Positions 1-6,477 are shown, counted from the first letter of the stretch. The stretch: 10,335 nucleotides of DNA from Vulcanimicrobiota bacterium (GCA_003135555.1 PLCF01000023.1:2469-12803); one strand, 5' to 3'. Numbers and translations: made by a program. Notes: generated by a model not told the origin, from the sequence alone.

Positions 1-519
1 GTTGCCGTTGTGTTTGCCGTTGCCGTTGCCGTTGTCGTGGCGCATCTGCCCGCTGTTGCCGTTGTCGTGGCGCAACTGCCCGCTGTTGCCGCGCATCCCG
101 TTGGCGTTGCCGGTATACCCGTATGCGTGGCCGTTGCCGTGGCGATGGGTTCGGTCGTATTGCCCGGTGCGCTGCGTGTCGTACGTGTAGCCGCCCGCGT
201 TCGGATTGTAATACGCGGTCTGGCCCCACGGATACGTGCCGTTGCTGTTGGGATAGATCGTCTGTCCGTTCGGCATCACGATCCGGCCGTCACCATACAC
301 GGTCCCGCCGTTGGCGGTGTAGCCGACGATGCTGTTCGCCGCTTGCCGTTTGTGTTGGTAGTTGTTGTAGAGGATGATGCCGCCGATGACCGCTGCTGCG
401 CCGAGCACGGTGTTGATCGTCGACTGCGTGCTCGCCGCCGCAGGCTTGGGAATCGAACCGACGGCGAGGGCAGCCGCCATACCGGCCGCGGTGACGAATT
501 TCGAGAGACGTTGAAGCAT
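1..519 (-). CDS. Putative secreted protein with signal peptide, second hydrophobic Gly-rich segment and N/G/Y/H-rich low-complexity repeat tail (3'-truncated by window edge)
   Basis: Manual translation of the minus strand from ATG at 519 is open for 173 codons to position 1: MLQRLSKFVTAAGMAAALAVGSIPKPAAA-STQSTINTVLGAAAVIGGIILYNNYQHK...GNSGQLRHDNGNSGQMRHDNGNGNGKHNGN. SD-like GGAAGGA lies about 10 nt upstream and codon third positions are GC-rich. It is missing from the ORF track, probably because there is no stop in the window. Confidence 0.85.
   Translation of the reverse strand, partial: MLQRLSKFVTAAGMAAALAVGSIPKPAAASTQSTINTVLGAAAVIGGIILYNNYQHKRQAANSIVGYTANGGTVYGDGRIVMPNGQTIYPNSNGTYPWGQTAYYNPNAGGYTYDTQRTGQYDRTHRHGNGHAYGYTGNANGMRGNSGQLRHDNGNSGQMRHDNGNGNGKHNGN
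31..90. repeat. Tandem 30-bp direct repeat (2 copies, 1 mismatch), flanked by GTTGCC hexamer repeats
   Basis: 31-60 gttgtcgtggcgcatctgcccgctgttgcc versus 61-90 gttgtcgtggcgcaactgcccgctgttgcc. Encodes GNSGQ(L/M)RHDN twice on the minus strand. Confidence 0.95.
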
Positions 520-621
520 GAGTGCGTGATCCTTCCGGCGGCCGAGCCTGCGCCGCCCCTGAATATGCTCGTACCCCGAATTGTGCTCCCGCATCATGGC
601 ACCATAGAAAGCATGGCAAAA

Positions 622-648
622 CGAGGTCTGGCGTTCGTCTTTGCGAAC
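622..648 (+). promoter_or_regulatory. Putative sigma-H-like promoter (AGGT-N17-GAAC) ahead of a probably leaderless GTG start
   Basis: AGGT at 624-627, 17-nt spacer, GAAC at 645-648. GTG at 659 follows 10 nt later with no SD. Same geometry occurs at 3891-3915 and 4175-4199. Confidence 0.4.
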
Positions 649-658
649 ACGGCGCACC

Positions 659-1402
659 GTGGCGTCGATCGCAATCGAGCACTTGACGAAGCGCTATCCG
701 ACCGGGACGGTAGCGCTCGACGACGTGACCCTCGATATCGGCGACGGGGAGTTCGTCGCCGTCGTCGGTCCCAGCGGCTGCGGCAAGAGCACGATGTTGC
801 GCATCTTGGCGGGGCTGGACCGGGCGACGGGCGGCGGGGTGACGATCGCCGGGGCCGAGGCGCGGCCCGACGAGCTGCCTAGCGCGACGGTGTTCCAGGA
901 AGCGTCGCTCTTCCCGTGGATGCGCGTGGCGCAGAACGTCGCCTTCGCCTTCGACTCGCTCGAGGTTTCGCCCGACGACGTGCGCCGGCGCGTGCGCGAG
1001 GTCCTCGCGCTGGTCGGGCTGTCGGCGTACGAGCGCGCCTGGCCGCACCAGCTCTCGGGCGGGATGAAACAGCGTGCGGCCGTCGCGCGCGCGTTCGTCA
1101 CCGATCCGCCGGTGCTGTTCATGGATGAGCCGTTCGGTGCGCTCGACGAGCAAACGCGGGTCGGCCTGGCCAACGAGCTGATGCGGCTGTGGGAACGGTC
1201 GCCCAAGACGATCGTCTTCGTGACCCACAGCATCGAAGAGGCGGTCACCCTGGCGGATCGCGTGGTCGTCCTCAGCGCGCAGCCGGGGCAGGTCAAAGAG
1301 ATCATTCCGATCGCTTTCCCGCGGCCGCGCGACGCCGTCTCGATCCGCGGCGAGCCCCGCTTCGGCGAGCATGTCGTCCACATCTGGAGCTTGCTGCGGT
1401 GA
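659..1402 (+). CDS. ABC transporter ATP-binding protein, NitT/TauT (nitrate/sulfonate/bicarbonate) family
   Basis: Walker A GPSGCGKS, Q-loop VFQEASLFPW, signature LSGGMKQR, Walker B LFMDEPFGALD, H-loop FVTHSIEEA and C-terminal FPRPRD typical of TauB/SsuB/NrtD. The start is GTG 659 or TTG 641. Confidence 0.93.
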   Translation: MASIAIEHLTKRYPTGTVALDDVTLDIGDGEFVAVVGPSGCGKSTMLRILAGLDRATGGGVTIAGAEARPDELPSATVFQEASLFPWMRVAQNVAFAFDSLEVSPDDVRRRVREVLALVGLSAYERAWPHQLSGGMKQRAAVARAFVTDPPVLFMDEPFGALDEQTRVGLANELMRLWERSPKTIVFVTHSIEEAVTLADRVVVLSAQPGQVKEIIPIAFPRPRDAVSIRGEPRFGEHVVHIWSLLR

Positions 1403-2157
1403 CGGCCGTACGATGGATGAAGATCGCGGCCCCGTTGTCGCTGGTCTTGCTGTGGCAGCTCGCGGTGTCGACGCGCTTTCTCAATCCGGGCCTGTTTCCG
1501 CCACCCAGCGCGATCGTCGCGAACTTCGCCGCCTATGCGCAGAGCGGCGAGCTCGCGACCAACGCCTACTGGACGCTCTCGCGGCTGCTCATCGGCCTGG
1601 TGATCGGCGGTGTTCCGGGGACGGTCGTCGGGCTGCTCATGGGGATGAATCGCTGGGTGCGCGCGTATTTTCAGCCGGTGATCGCGCTGCTCTACCCGAT
1701 CCCCAAGATCGCGATCTTGCCCCTGTTTTACTTTATTTTCGGGACCGGGGAGGCGGCGAAGTGGGCGGCGGTGGCGGTGGGCGTGTTCTTCCTGATGGCG
1801 ATCAATACCGAAGCCGGCGTGCGGCAGATCGAGACGATCTACCTCGACGTCGCGCGCGCCTACCGCATCCGCCCGGCGTCGTTCTTTTTCCGCGTGCTGC
1901 TGCCGGGGGCGTTGCCCAACATCTACGCCGGCCTCAAGCTGAGCATCGGGATCGCGATCGTGCTGGCGGTCGCCGCGGAGTACCAGCTGACGCGCACCGG
2001 GCTGGGCTTTGCGATCTTCAACGCCCAGCAGCTGCTCGACGTCGAACGCCTGTACGCCGCGCTAGTCGCCGTCTCGCTGCTGGGCTTCACCTTGGCGGCG
2101 ATCGTCGACGCCGTCGAAGCGGTCGCGATGCCCTGGCGTGGGCACCGGGAACGGTGA
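1399..2157 (+). CDS. ABC transporter permease, NitT/TauT family
   Basis: GTG at 1399 overlaps the ATPase stop (GTGA coupling). Motifs LFPPPSAI, TLSRLLIG, PIPKIAILPL and EAA-like loop YLDVARAY...RVLLPGALPNIYAGLKLS, with about 6 hydrophobic segments. Confidence 0.92.
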   Translation: MTAVRWMKIAAPLSLVLLWQLAVSTRFLNPGLFPPPSAIVANFAAYAQSGELATNAYWTLSRLLIGLVIGGVPGTVVGLLMGMNRWVRAYFQPVIALLYPIPKIAILPLFYFIFGTGEAAKWAAVAVGVFFLMAINTEAGVRQIETIYLDVARAYRIRPASFFFRVLLPGALPNIYAGLKLSIGIAIVLAVAAEYQLTRTGLGFAIFNAQQLLDVERLYAALVAVSLLGFTLAAIVDAVEAVAMPWRGHRER

Positions 2158-2283
2158 CCCCGATGGGTACGATCGTGATGCGCGACACCATCCGCTGAGC
2201 CCGGCTTGCTCTGCCTTTCGCCAGGCTGCTCGCTGGGGAAGAAAGCGAACATGGATGATGGCCGCGCGAGGAGGCGCGGGCAG

Positions 2284-3963
2284 ATGCGTGGACCCCCAAC
2301 GCCAAGGAAGCAAATCGAAACGGTAACGGGAGCCGGCGAGCCGTCCTCGGTGTGCGTCGTCGCGCTCGATCAGCCCCGCGCGGTGACGGTGTACGCGACG
2401 CGGGGCGAGCTCATCGGGTGCGCCCTCGCGGACCTCCCGTTCGTGGATGGCCAGTCCGAGGCCAAAGCTCTCGCCACCGCCGTGGCGGCGTCGCACTCGT
2501 CGCACCTCACCCTCGCGGCCGGGCTGGTGGCAATCGAACCGTTGGCATCACGCAATAGTCGGCGCTACGTCTCGGTCAGGTTCGATCCGGCTCCGGGCTT
2601 CGATGCCGAGGCGCGCGACCCGGTTACCGAGCTGCCGCAGCGCGGCGCGTTCGAGCGCTATGCGCAGACCGCGCTGGCGCAGTGCGAGCGCGACGCTGGA
2701 ACGCTGGCGGTGCTCTTCCTCGACGTCGACCGGTTCCGCGTCGTGAACGAGCTGGGCGATCATACCGCGGGCGATAGCGTGCTGCGCGAGATCGCGGCCC
2801 GGCTGCGCAAAGCTTTGACCAACGCCTACGTCGCGCGGTTCGGTGCCGACGAGTTCGTCTTGTTGCGTTGCGAGGATTCCGCCGGGGCGGCGCGCGCGAC
2901 GGTCGCCGCTGCGGCCGCGGTTTTCGCGCAACCGTTCCATGTTGCCGGACGGTGGATCTATCTCACCGCCAGCATCGGCGTCGCGAACGCGCCCGGCGAC
3001 GCTTCCGACGTCGCCGGACTCATCGGCTGCGCCGAGGCGGCGGTGTTCGAAGCCAAACGCCTGGGCCGCAACGCCGTTCGCTGGTACCACGCGTCGAGCG
3101 CGTCGTCATCGCTGGAGCGAGTACTGACACGCCGTGACCTGCACGGCGCGATCGAGCGCAACGAGTTCGAGCTGTTTTATCAGCCGATGTACTCGGTCCA
3201 GACGCGGGAGATCCTCGGCGTGGAAGCGCTGCTGCGCTGGCATCATCCCGAGCACGGGTTGGTGCTCCCGGACCGGTTCATCCCCGTCGCCGAAGAGTTC
3301 GGGTTGATCGAAGAGATCGGCGCGTGGGTGCTCGACGGCGCGCTCGCGCAGGTCCGGGCCTGGTCGGATGCCGGCATCGGCCCGGTGCGCGTGAGCGTCA
3401 ACGTCTCGGCGCGCCAGCTCGACGGTCACGCGCTGCCCACGCTCGTGCGCACGCTGCTGCGCAAGTACGAGGTCGACCCGTCGGCGCTGGAGATCGAGGT
3501 CACGGAGTCGGCGATCATGCGCGACGTCCACGCCTCGGCGCGCATGTTGCACGCGTTGCGGCGGCTCGGGGTGCGGGTCGCGATCGACGACTTCGGCACG
3601 GGTTATACGTCGTTGGCGTTCCTCAAGCGCTTCCCGGTCGACGCGCTCAAGATCGACCGTTCGTTCGTTACCGACGTTGCGGTGAGCGGCTTCGACCGCG
3701 CCGTCGTCAGCGCGGTTACGACGCTCGCCCGTGGCCTCGGCGTGTCCACGGTGGCCGAAGGAGTCGAAACGTCCGAGCAGCTCGAGCGGCTGCGCGCGCT
3801 GGATTGCGACGTCGTGCAGGGCTTCTTGTTGTGCCGACCGCTGGCCGCCACGGCCTGTGCGTCGCTTCTCGCCGCCGCGGTGCCCGAGGCAGGGTCGGAG
3901 ACGGAGTCGCCGAACCCGGGGAGGCGCCGCCGAGGTAGCTCAGTTGGTAGAGCACAAGTCTGA
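2284..3963 (+). CDS. GGDEF-EAL domain protein; probable c-di-GMP phosphodiesterase with a degenerate cyclase domain
   Basis: GGDEF domain: DPVTELPQR, LFLDVDRF, RFGADEF, ASIGVA. EAL domain: LFYQP, GVEALLRW, VSVNVS, IEVTES, IDDFGTGYTSL, LKIDRSF, VAEGVET, VQGFL. Start placed at ATG 2284 because SD GAGGAGG is at 2268-2274 (alternatives 2206 and 2251). Confidence 0.92.
   Translation: MRGPPTPRKQIETVTGAGEPSSVCVVALDQPRAVTVYATRGELIGCALADLPFVDGQSEAKALATAVAASHSSHLTLAAGLVAIEPLASRNSRRYVSVRFDPAPGFDAEARDPVTELPQRGAFERYAQTALAQCERDAGTLAVLFLDVDRFRVVNELGDHTAGDSVLREIAARLRKALTNAYVARFGADEFVLLRCEDSAGAARATVAAAAAVFAQPFHVAGRWIYLTASIGVANAPGDASDVAGLIGCAEAAVFEAKRLGRNAVRWYHASSASSSLERVLTRRDLHGAIERNEFELFYQPMYSVQTREILGVEALLRWHHPEHGLVLPDRFIPVAEEFGLIEEIGAWVLDGALAQVRAWSDAGIGPVRVSVNVSARQLDGHALPTLVRTLLRKYEVDPSALEIEVTESAIMRDVHASARMLHALRRLGVRVAIDDFGTGYTSLAFLKRFPVDALKIDRSFVTDVAVSGFDRAVVSAVTTLARGLGVSTVAEGVETSEQLERLRALDCDVVQGFLLCRPLAATACASLLAAAVPEAGSETESPNPGRRRRGSSVGRAQV
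3889..3915 (+). promoter_or_regulatory. Putative sigma-H-like promoter for tRNA-Phe, embedded in the EAL gene 3' end
   Basis: GCAGGG at 3889-3894, 17-nt spacer, GAAC at 3912-3915, ending 13 nt before the tRNA 5' end. Confidence 0.4.
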
Positions 3964-4001
3964 AAAACTTGGTGTCCGGAGTTCGATTCTCCGCCTCGGC
4001 A
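3929..4001 (+). tRNA. trnF: tRNA-Phe (anticodon GAA), CCA not encoded
   Basis: Full cloverleaf: acceptor GCCGAGG/CCTCGGC, D arm GCTC-AGTTGGTA-GAGC, anticodon stem CAAGT/ACTTG with loop CTGAAAA (GAA at 3962-3964), T arm CGGAG-TTCGATT-CTCCG, discriminator A4001 followed by CTT. Confidence 0.97.
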
Positions 4002-4011
4002 CTTTGGGAAT

Positions 4012-4052
4012 CCCCGTCAGCGACAAATGCTTCCTGGCGGGGTTTTCGTTTT
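4012..4052 (+). terminator. Putative intrinsic terminator after tRNA-Phe
   Basis: Stem CCCCGTCAG (4012-4020) / CTGGCGGGG (4034-4042) with one G-U pair and a 13-nt loop, followed by TTTTCGTTTT. Confidence 0.7.
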
Positions 4053-4172
4053 CTCGGCGCATCGTGCTTCTTCGTGCAACGCGATCTTGCGAGCACTGTC
4101 GCAGCGCATGATGCAAATGTTCTTCTTGTTAGTCAAGCATGCGAATGTTGTTGGCGCGAGCGCGACACAATC

Positions 4173-4199
4173 ATGGGAATTCTCTTGGCGTCGTCGAAC
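4173..4199 (+). promoter_or_regulatory. Putative sigma-H-like promoter ahead of a probably leaderless Endo VII gene
   Basis: GGGAATT (4175-4181)-N11-GTCGAAC (4193-4199). ATG 4208 follows 8 nt later with no SD. Confidence 0.4.
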
Positions 4200-4207
4200 A
4201 TTGAGTT

Positions 4208-4951
4208 ATGTCGAGACCGCGTATACCAACGTGCTCAAAGTGTGGCACGACGAAGATAATATTGCGCTGCGGAGCATCTCGGTGCCCTCCGTGCCGTCGA
4301 CGATGGGCACGAGAGTACTACCACCGAAGTGAAGGACGACGTACGAATTTGCGACGCGCACACTTTCGCAGGCGTTACGGAGCAGATGTCGCCGACCTGG
4401 AGCGAATCCTACAAAATCAAGAAGGCTGCTGCGCAATTTGTCGGAAACCCTGGCGGAAGTGTGTGCCGGCAAAACGTGCACGCTACGAAGACACGTTCTT
4501 TCAGCATCTCTGTATCGACCACGATCACCGTAGTGGAATCGTCCGCGGCCTCCTCTGCAACAACTGCAACACCGCCATAGGACTATTCGAGGAAGATATA
4601 GCACGCTTTGGAAGCGCCGCATGCTACCTGCGCCGTCATAACCAACAACAGCACCAGCAGTTACGGCGTGATGCGAACGATCGCACCGCACTCGGCAACG
4701 CACCGTCCGTCCGAGAGGGCTTCGGTGAGCCAAATGACACCGGTCTTGGACACCGCCAGCGACGTAATCGACCTTGGTCGGTTCGGAAGGCTGATGGCGA
4801 CGCTCGTTCGATCTCGCAGAGAGAGCCGACCTACGCCGTCGGCGGCGGCGAACCACACCGAGTCATTGCTTACCGCGATCGGCGCGCTCGTGTCCATGTA
4901 GCTCCCGGTCTCGACCTCTTCGATACGAGCGGATGGCGTGATTCGCCCTAG
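4208..4951 (+). CDS. Endonuclease VII (His-Me finger) domain protein with N-terminal Cys4 zinc finger; C-terminal ~100 aa probably read-through
   Basis: CSKC...CPPC, then RRRYG...ILQNQEGCCAIC...LCIDHDH(104-107)RSGIVRGLLCNNCN(117-121)TAIGLFEED...AACYL, the recombination endonuclease VII pattern. Recognisable similarity ends near codon 144 (about 4639). Confidence 0.88.
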   Translation: MSRPRIPTCSKCGTTKIILRCGASRCPPCRRRWAREYYHRSEGRRTNLRRAHFRRRYGADVADLERILQNQEGCCAICRKPWRKCVPAKRARYEDTFFQHLCIDHDHRSGIVRGLLCNNCNTAIGLFEEDIARFGSAACYLRRHNQQQHQQLRRDANDRTALGNAPSVREGFGEPNDTGLGHRQRRNRPWSVRKADGDARSISQREPTYAVGGGEPHRVIAYRDRRARVHVAPGLDLFDTSGWRDSP

Positions 4952-5743
4952 CCGGTTCGAATGTTCTTCGGTGAACCAAACCTCGTTGGCTGGTCCCGCC
5001 GCCAGCGCACCGACGTTGTGGTGAGAGGTCAACGTCAGGACTTTTCCCTGCGGTGAGAGCCGAACGATGATCGGACGGCCACGTTCCGCCACGTAGAGAG
5101 TGCCGTTCGTGGCAAGGGCGAGCGTATCGGGTTTGATCGGTCGTGGCAAGATTGTCACGCGCGTGTCGCCTCGGCGAGTCGCGTGGCCGACGGCATGGGC
5201 ATCAGCGAGCGCGAACCACAACGTACCATCAGGAGCCGCGACGAGCGCCGAGGCGTAGCCGAGGTGCTTCGGGATGCTGAATGCAGTGGTCATGACGTTG
5301 CCGGTGATTCGGACGATTGTGCCGTGCTCCATAGGCGGCCACGTCGGGTTGTCGAGAATGGTCGTCGCCCACAGCGTTCCATCGGGGCCGATGGCGACCG
5401 ACTGGATTTCGCCCTTCGTTGGGATCAAGTACTCGCGGAGCTCATCTGCACGGGTCGCCGTCCCGGCCAGCACGCCGGTGCCGTCGCTCGAAGACGAGTT
5501 GCCTCCGTCGAAATAGAAAGCTCCGCCATCCTGGAGCGCCACGACGCCGTCGGGAGCTCCGGTAAACTCGGGCCGCAACGTCGTGACGGAGCGGACCCCC
5601 GGTGGGTGCGTACGATTGACAGCCGGGATTCGCCAGAAGAAGAACCACAGCAACCACAGCGCGCACGCGATCGCGGCTCCGGACGCGAGCACGGTCAGCC
5701 AGGTCCCCAGGCGCGGACCGCGCGACGGCATTGCCTTGGTCAT
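4661..5743 (-). CDS. Membrane-anchored Vgb (virginiamycin B lyase)-like beta-propeller protein
   Basis: Repeated blades VAIGPDGTLWAT, LVAAPDGTLWFA, LALATNGTLYVAE, LAAGPANEVWFTEEHSNRLGRITPS, LAVSKTGVIWLTE and C-terminal IVRITP. N-terminal TM segment WLTVLASGAAIACALWLLWFFFW. Start ATG 5743 (or 5731); the ORF-track extension to 6109 overlaps the next gene and is unlikely. Confidence 0.8.
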   Translation of the reverse strand: MTKAMPSRGPRLGTWLTVLASGAAIACALWLLWFFFWRIPAVNRTHPPGVRSVTTLRPEFTGAPDGVVALQDGGAFYFDGGNSSSSDGTGVLAGTATRADELREYLIPTKGEIQSVAIGPDGTLWATTILDNPTWPPMEHGTIVRITGNVMTTAFSIPKHLGYASALVAAPDGTLWFALADAHAVGHATRRGDTRVTILPRPIKPDTLALATNGTLYVAERGRPIIVRLSPQGKVLTLTSHHNVGALAAGPANEVWFTEEHSNRLGRITPSARIEEVETGSYMDTSAPIAVSNDSVWFAAADGVGRLSLRDRTSVAISLPNRPRSITSLAVSKTGVIWLTEALSDGRCVAECGAIVRITP

Positions 5744-5749
5744 GCGTCG

Positions 5750-5755
5750 AGTATC
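5750..5755 (-). promoter_or_regulatory. Putative housekeeping -10 element (GATACT) for a leaderless start of the Vgb-like gene
   Basis: Minus strand reads GCGATACT-cgacgc-ATG, with 6 nt between the hexamer and ATG 5743. Confidence 0.35.
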
Positions 5756-5984
5756 GCCCTTAGACCCGCGTGAGCGAATCCGTAGAAATACCGAACCGCT
5801 TCGCCGGCCCGCAGCGTTACTTCCGCCGCCGGGTTTAGCCCGCAAGCGAGGCCTCGTCACTCCACCCGAATCGGAGTTCAACCAGAAATCCGGAACATTC
5901 TTATTGCCAAAGCCCGCGAAACCGGAAACTAGCGAAACCCCGTCGGGTTCATGGGGAACGCCACTAAGAAAGGCGCAAAACTGA

Positions 5985-6440
5985 ATGAACTCAACCATCA
6001 CCACCGCATTCCCGCGTAGCGTCCACGAGAAGTACCTCGGCATCGTGCAGCTCGCGCGCACCATCGACAAAGCGAAGATGCTCGCCAACGGCACGATCGG
6101 CGAGTACAACTACGACTGCCCGATGGACCAGGCGCTGTTCACGGAATTCGGGATCGACGGGAAGAAGCTCGCTGCGCTCGCCTCGGACGTCGTGAAGAAC
6201 GCCAGTCACGGCCCCGCCATCGAAGCGTACGTGAAGCCGCTCGTCCAGAAGAAGTCGCCCCTCGACATCGAGCGCTTCAATCGCGAGACGCTCGGCCACC
6301 AGCCGACCGGCGAGAGTCTGACGGGGTTCGAGAAGCTGCGCGCGAAGATCGCGCCTGATCGAGCCGACGTGACGACGTGGCCGGATCTGCTCGACCTCGA
6401 CGAAGGTCGCACCGTCCCGAAGCGGACCGGCGGAGTCTAA
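5985..6440 (+). CDS. DUF5069-like protein
   Basis: FPRS...LGIVQLARTIDKAK...GTIGEYNYDCPMDQALF...FGID and C-terminal TTWPDLLDLDEGR match the DUF5069 pattern as I recall it. AAGAAAGG upstream, strongly biased codon usage and its own terminator. Confidence 0.8.
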   Translation: MNSTITTAFPRSVHEKYLGIVQLARTIDKAKMLANGTIGEYNYDCPMDQALFTEFGIDGKKLAALASDVVKNASHGPAIEAYVKPLVQKKSPLDIERFNRETLGHQPTGESLTGFEKLRAKIAPDRADVTTWPDLLDLDEGRTVPKRTGGV

Positions 6441-6448
6441 ACCAGCCC

Positions 6449-6477
6449 GAGGGCGCCGAAAGGCGCCCTCTTCTTTT
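6449..6477 (+). terminator. Rho-independent terminator
   Basis: Perfect 9-bp stem GAGGGCGCC / GGCGCCCTC with GAAA tetraloop, followed by TTCTTTT, 8 nt after the TAA. Confidence 0.92.

Noticed and set aside
1..90. Repeats as a possible CRISPR array
   Set aside because: The copies are directly tandem without spacers, are multiples of 3 and sit in a coding frame; no cas genes are present.
10..882. 290-aa plus-strand ORF (MFAVAVAVVV...)
   Set aside because: Antisense shadow of the minus-strand 1-519 gene that also runs out of frame into the ABC ATPase; no motif or RBS.
1189..1398. N-terminal extension of the permease ORF given in the track
   Set aside because: It overlaps the ATPase out of frame; the GTGA-coupled start at 1399 gives a normal-length permease.
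571..2170. GGGTAC hexamers (minus 571-576, plus 2165-2170) as sigma-B/F-like -10 elements
   Set aside because: No consistent -35 element or spacing could be found, so they are too weak to call.
4194..4208. TCGAACATTGAGTTA as a LexA (CGAAC-N4-GTTCG) box
   Set aside because: Only the left half-site matches and the spacing is off; it is better explained as the -10 of the sigma-H-like motif.
4027..4901. Chain of ORFs 4027-4332, 4329-4580 and 4608-4901, and minus ORF 4206-4856
   Set aside because: Alternative frames of the Endo VII and Vgb-like genes, with no recognisable motifs or RBS.
5744..5984. c-di-GMP or c-di-AMP riboswitch in the Vgb/DUF5069 spacer
   Set aside because: GAAA-containing segments are present, but I could not build the conserved stems or consensus of any known class.
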